From an uncultured Thermoactinomycetaceae bacterium (GTDB taxonomy: Bacteria > Bacillota > Bacilli > Thermoactinomycetales > CALJVA01), in contig CALJVA010000015.1 of the NCBI GenBank assembly GCA_937975135.1, positions 1,064-65,063 of the forward strand: a stretch of 64,000 nucleotides of DNA, in the 5' to 3' direction. Position numbers and translations under genes: made by a program. Each line of letters starts with the position of its first letter. Position 1 is the stretch's first letter. The notes under the pieces were generated by a model. The model ran no database searches. It saw only the letters and a list, made by a program, of their open reading frames with translations, and had not been told where the DNA came from. Shown here piece after piece: positions 60,012 to 64,000 of the stretch.

Positions 60012-62285
60012 TTGAAAAAAATTGTTTTTATAGCCATAATCATTAGCTTTGCTTTCTCTCTTCCAATTGCCAGTCAGCAAGCTAAAAATGAGGAGTTAGA
60101 GCGACTAGCTATGCTTGAAAGGGAGTTTGCCATTCCCTTTATAATACCAGAGCAAGAAGAGCTATCGGTTGCAGAAGATGTGTATCCCCTTTTACTAAAA
60201 GCTGCCCAAGAAGCGGGGGTAAATCTTTTTCGGCCCGCTCGTTATTATCGGCCTGATATGGAAGTAGAGATACAGAAGTATCTTTTAATGACTGGTGAGA
60301 CTCGTTTCTTCGATTATATCGATCTTGCAAATGGTAGGATGCTGAAAATGGAAGAGACTCAGAAAAGTGGTTGGTTCCTCTCTTCGGTGCAAACAAAGGA
60401 TCAACATCAAGTGGGACAGCTATCCTACTTTGATCCGGATCAGCGGATCACGATTCGTTCGCTACAAGATTCCTATCATTATCTCCCTGTCAATGGACGA
60501 TACTATGTCGAGGGAGAAGAGGAGAAGTATCAGCTTTTTCTTAATATCCTGAGCAAGGAGTTAAATCGTTATCTAAATAAGAAAAATAGTGAAGAGGAAT
60601 ATTCTTATACTCCTGCGGATTTCCAGCCACCTGAGGCTTTTGTTGATCCACCTGAGGGGTTTTTCATTTTGGAAAACTCGGATTATCTGGAGTTTCTACA
60701 GCATATCTTTTTATTCGTAACACTCCTGTTGTTGGTTTACTACATTTTTAATCAGGCGAAAGAAGTTGGGATCCATAAGATGCATGGGGTATCCAACGGT
60801 CGTCTGTGGTGGATGGTGGCAGGGCGTTTAATTACCATGGCAGTCGCGATTACCGCTTTGGGAAGTTTCCTCTTTGCGACAGTAATGGATAAGTCTTCCG
60901 CTTATCTAGCTAAGAGTTTTCTTCAATTGGGACAAGCCTATCTTTTATTCATGGGATTATCCTTACTCTGTTATGTCTATATTTCTATCATTAAAGTGAG
61001 TCAAACGCTTAAAAACCGAAGGGATACCCGAGGAATTTTTGTATTAAATATCCTGTTAAAAGTGGTTTGTGCTGTTGCTCTGCTTCTCGTTGGTATTGAT
61101 ACATTCAAACAATACACCGAGTTGCGCGCCAAAGAGCAACTGATTCATAAGCAACAAGGAGAGTTGAGCAATTGGAAAGAGGTCGATGAGTATGGACTGG
61201 TTGAGGCTTATGTAGGTCATACCACTGCTTTTACTTGGGAGGAATATGAAGCGGAGCAGGCTAGAGGAGATACACTTCTTTATAAGCTATATTCCTATCT
61301 CAGCTCCAAAGGAGCTCTCTATATCAATGCCCAGGAATACGAAGAGATGAACTTGTTACTAAACCAAAATTTTAGTGGGATTCGAGCGATAACTGTTAAT
61401 ACGAACTATTTGAGATCTTTTCCTATCAATGATGAACAAGGAAAACCGGTTGATATTCCTGATGAAAGTGATGATTGGATACTTCTTGTTCCAAAGAAAT
61501 ATACGGATCGTGAAGGGGAAATCCGAGCTTATTTTGAACAGGATGAGGACATTCGAAGATTTTACCTTACTGATGATAGAGGGCAGGAATTGAAAATTAT
61601 CTGGTTGGCTAATGATCAGTATATCTTTAGTTTTAATCCACATGTGTTTCCAAGGGAAAAAAATAAGATTTTGGATCCAATTATCTTTGTAAAGACACAA
61701 CAAAATCATCTTTTTACCTACCGGGGTGGAATCCAAGGGAAAGGACTTAGTGATCCACTAAAGGTACGGTTGATCAACAAGGATCCGGAACGTACATTGA
61801 AGGAATTAATGCCGGGATTGAAGCCTTTACAGCTGGATGACCGGATAAAGATTGTTACCTTGCAAGAATCCTTAACCAAGGATCTTGCTTTGTTATCCCA
61901 AGAGATTAAAGTAAGGTTACTTACACTGATCGGGATTTTCGCTGTATTACTATTTGTGATCCTACAAAATCTCCTAATCTTTTTTCATAAACACCAGAAA
62001 GAATTTATAGTCAAACGTCTCTTTGGAATTGGTTTTTTTAAGACATACCGCTCCGTTCTCGGTTGGTTTCTTATCACTTCAGTGGCAGTGATGATGATTA
62101 CTCTTTTCTGGGATCAAATAAAGGGAATGCCTGAATATATGTGGAGGATTAGCGGAATTACAGATCCGCACTTCTTAGCTAGCGTACTCATTCTGTTCGG
62201 CTTAGAAATCCTTGCTACAATCATCGCAATGATCATCATTGAGCGTCGTAACAAGATTAAGGTGATTAAAGGAGGCGATTCATAG
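60012..62285 (+). CDS. DUF1430-type bacteriocin-associated integral membrane protein (putative immunity/permease)
   Basis: 757 aa: N-terminal signal/TM, ~220-aa soluble region, 4-TM block, ~270-aa soluble region, 3-TM C-terminal block. It is translationally coupled to a small ABC ATPase. This architecture matches the lactococcin-972-group immunity proteins as I recall them. Confidence 0.6.
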   Translation: MKKIVFIAIIISFAFSLPIASQQAKNEELERLAMLEREFAIPFIIPEQEELSVAEDVYPLLLKAAQEAGVNLFRPARYYRPDMEVEIQKYLLMTGETRFFDYIDLANGRMLKMEETQKSGWFLSSVQTKDQHQVGQLSYFDPDQRITIRSLQDSYHYLPVNGRYYVEGEEEKYQLFLNILSKELNRYLNKKNSEEEYSYTPADFQPPEAFVDPPEGFFILENSDYLEFLQHIFLFVTLLLLVYYIFNQAKEVGIHKMHGVSNGRLWWMVAGRLITMAVAITALGSFLFATVMDKSSAYLAKSFLQLGQAYLLFMGLSLLCYVYISIIKVSQTLKNRRDTRGIFVLNILLKVVCAVALLLVGIDTFKQYTELRAKEQLIHKQQGELSNWKEVDEYGLVEAYVGHTTAFTWEEYEAEQARGDTLLYKLYSYLSSKGALYINAQEYEEMNLLLNQNFSGIRAITVNTNYLRSFPINDEQGKPVDIPDESDDWILLVPKKYTDREGEIRAYFEQDEDIRRFYLTDDRGQELKIIWLANDQYIFSFNPHVFPREKNKILDPIIFVKTQQNHLFTYRGGIQGKGLSDPLKVRLINKDPERTLKELMPGLKPLQLDDRIKIVTLQESLTKDLALLSQEIKVRLLTLIGIFAVLLFVILQNLLIFFHKHQKEFIVKRLFGIGFFKTYRSVLGWFLITSVAVMMITLFWDQIKGMPEYMWRISGITDPHFLASVLILFGLEILATIIAMIIIERRNKIKVIKGGDS

Positions 62286-62935
62286 TGCCGCCCGTCTGTG
62301 AGCTAGATCGAGTAACCAAACGTTACGGAGATCGTCTTGTATTGGATCAGATGAGCCTGACTGTTCATAAAGGTGAGATGGTAGCTATTACTGGGAAGAG
62401 TGGTTCTGGTAAATCTACGATTCTCAATATTATCGGGATGTTAGAAAACCCCGATGAAGGGAGGGTAAAACTCTTCGGAGAGGATGCTCCTCGTAGTCAT
62501 TCAAGAAAAGCAAATCAGATATTACGATCCCGCATTTCCTATTTATTTCAAAACTTCGCATTGATTGATAATGCTACGGTAGATAAGAATCTCGAAGTGC
62601 CACTCATTTATGCAAAAAAGTCAAAGAAAGAGAAAGAGCAGCTAAAAAAAGAAGCTCTCCAAAAAGTTGGGTTAAAAATCCCCCTAAGCCAGAAAGTGCA
62701 TGCTCTTTCAGGTGGGGAACAACAGCGTGTAGCAATCGCTAGAATTTTGTTAAAACCTTGTGAGCTTATCCTAGCCGACGAGCCGACAGGTTCTGTGGAT
62801 GCGGAGAATCGCAAAGAAATTATGGGCATTTTAAAAGGTTTAAATAAAGAGGGGAAGACAATCATTATCGTTACTCATGATCCCGTTGTTGCTGAGGCAT
62901 GTGATAGAGTCATTCATTTACCAGAGAAGTCTTAA
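62285..62935 (+). CDS. ABC ATPase (MacB/LolD-like, lactococcin-972-group type)
   Basis: 216 aa with Walker A GKSGSGKST, signature LSGGEQQRVAIAR, Walker B LILADEPTGSVD and H-loop VTHD. The GTG start overlaps the upstream stop (TAGTG). Confidence 0.88.
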   Translation: MPPVCELDRVTKRYGDRLVLDQMSLTVHKGEMVAITGKSGSGKSTILNIIGMLENPDEGRVKLFGEDAPRSHSRKANQILRSRISYLFQNFALIDNATVDKNLEVPLIYAKKSKKEKEQLKKEALQKVGLKIPLSQKVHALSGGEQQRVAIARILLKPCELILADEPTGSVDAENRKEIMGILKGLNKEGKTIIIVTHDPVVAEACDRVIHLPEKS

Positions 62936-63038
62936 ATAAACAGAACGAATCTTTTGAGCTTCCGGGATGATGCGGGCGTAGTGAAGGACCGGAGCTACTC
63001 GATGCTGATTTATTGTGAGCAAATTGTTATTGAAAATC

Positions 63039-63076
63039 AAAAACCCTTCACCATTTGTAATAGCGAAGGGTTTTTG
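63039..63076. terminator. bidirectional intrinsic terminator
   Basis: Stem aaaaacccttc / gaagggttttt between convergent genes. Confidence 0.75.
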
Positions 63077-63121
63077 AAATTCATCACTCCGAAGAGTTAT
63101 TTCGGGTGGATAAGTAGTTTC

Positions 63122-64000
63122 TTAGGTTTCGTTTTCTACTTGTAGGATTCGCCCTTCAATTTCAGCTGAGAAGGGCTGAGGTAGCTGTTTTATATAGTCG
63201 ACAAGGGCATCCAAATCGACAGGGCCGACGACTCGATTGGTTCCTTCAGTGAGTACCGTAAAGTTGTCACCACCGTCGGCCAAGAAAGCATTGACAGCTA
63301 CAGTATAGACGGCGTTAGGTTCAACGGGGGTACCATCAGCTTTCTGTATAGTGACAATCCGTTCCCCTACCGGCTTTGTTCCATCCCAGGTGTAGGTGAG
63401 ACCGGAAATTTGTAGCATTCGGGTAGTTTCTCCTTGCCACTGTTGGTTAAGCAAGCGTCGAATCTGATCTCCTGTCAACTGTAAGGTAACCATTTGGTTA
63501 TTGAAGGGTTGAACATTGTATAAATCACCCCAGGTTACCTCTCCAGCTGCTATATCATGGCGAATGCCTCCTGGGTTCATAAAGGAGAAGTCAGCCTCCA
63601 TTTTCCAACGTTGGGCATCAGCAATTAAATTTCCTAATGCCGATTCACCGTGTGCATTTTGTTCGCGAGTAATGGGGTGGGCAGCTTCTCCTACCTTGCG
63701 ATTAATGATCGGAGCTACTTCTTTTTCGTACCCTTCAACCATCTTTGCAATCTGTCGATCCGGTTTTATTCCGTTATGGGCAGTTTTAATAATTGTGGCA
63801 TTCTTCGTCACAATATCTTTGGAGCGTCGATCCAAAGTGAGATCAATCTTAGAGAAGGCTTTTCCGTAATCATGGGATTGGACGACCAACTTGCCATCAA
63901 TCATTGCATTAATTCGGGTGTGGGTGTGACCGGAGATAATGACGTCCACTTCATCATCTACTTTACGAGCAATATCAGCAATAGGGCCTGTTACATTTCC
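63122..64000 (-). CDS. 5'-nucleotidase / metallophosphatase family protein, N-terminus beyond window
   Basis: DVIISGHTHT is a metallophosphatase motif. The 5'-nucleotidase C-terminal domain is present (FMNPGGIRHDI, NAFLADGGDNF). The frame stays open to the window edge upstream of the track start. Confidence 0.85.
   Translation of the reverse strand, partial: GNVTGPIADIARKVDDEVDVIISGHTHTRINAMIDGKLVVQSHDYGKAFSKIDLTLDRRSKDIVTKNATIIKTAHNGIKPDRQIAKMVEGYEKEVAPIINRKVGEAAHPITREQNAHGESALGNLIADAQRWKMEADFSFMNPGGIRHDIAAGEVTWGDLYNVQPFNNQMVTLQLTGDQIRRLLNQQWQGETTRMLQISGLTYTWDGTKPVGERIVTIQKADGTPVEPNAVYTVAVNAFLADGGDNFTVLTEGTNRVVGPVDLDALVDYIKQLPQPFSAEIEGRILQVENET

Overview
This is a chromosomal segment from a Bacillales-type Firmicute. 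Gene content and order resemble B. subtilis (purEKBCSQLFMNHD and yerB-yerC-pcrB-pcrA-ligA). All family calls come from reading motifs in the supplied translations; no BLAST or HMM search was possible.

Layout:
- 0-12.9 kb: complete de novo purine operon (purE 3' end through purD) with two long structured intercistronic gaps.
- 13.2-16.7 kb: four-gene envelope glycopolymer mini-cluster (GT2, CDP-alcohol phosphatidyltransferase, TagG/TagH-like ABC exporter).
- 16.7-18.4 kb: AT-rich, ORF-poor stretch with an orphan small gene and a decayed OmpR-type regulator.
- 18.5-27.7 kb: peptide-antibiotic-resistance style locus. It holds an intact BceRS-like two-component pair, an APC amino-acid permease on the opposite strand, a BceA-like ATPase, a frameshifted BceB-like permease, and a second ABC system (ATPase interrupted at an A9 run plus two ABC-2 permeases).
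- 27.8-31.7 kb (minus strand): DUF2892 gene and a pxpB-pxpA-pxpC-DUF1445 (5-oxoprolinase-type) operon.
- 32-40.6 kb: yerB-like lipoprotein, yerC, a small basic protein, pcrB, pcrA, ligA and an RluD-type pseudouridine synthase.
- 40.8-49 kb: secreted lipase-like hydrolase, an SDR, and two tandem class A PBP paralogues.
- 49-54 kb: YkvI-like membrane protein, divergent PlsY paralogue, DUF2797, YbjQ and an alpha/beta hydrolase.
- 54.2-58.1 kb: cobalamin riboswitch controlling a BtuFCD-type importer plus a PduO-type adenosyltransferase.
- 58.2-64 kb: ArsC/Spx-family protein, MerR-methyltransferase fusion, DUF1430-type membrane protein with ABC ATPase (lactococcin-972-type immunity/export pair without a bacteriocin gene), and a truncated 5'-nucleotidase.

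No rRNA, tRNA, CRISPR array, transposase or integrase was seen.

Most notable observations:
1. purQ has both the catalytic Cys and the catalytic His replaced, inside an otherwise intact pur operon.
2. Reciprocal decayed copies of the histidine-kinase/ATPase junction flank the permease insertion.
3. Three independent gene disruptions (amber stop, 1-nt deletion, A9 homopolymer shift) lie in neighbouring sensory and ABC genes.
4. The tandem PBP1A paralogues differ in Fn3 repeat number, and the first ends in a poly-Asp tail.
5. A consensus promoter followed by a strong intrinsic terminator sits in the leader of the orphan bacteriocin-immunity-type operon.
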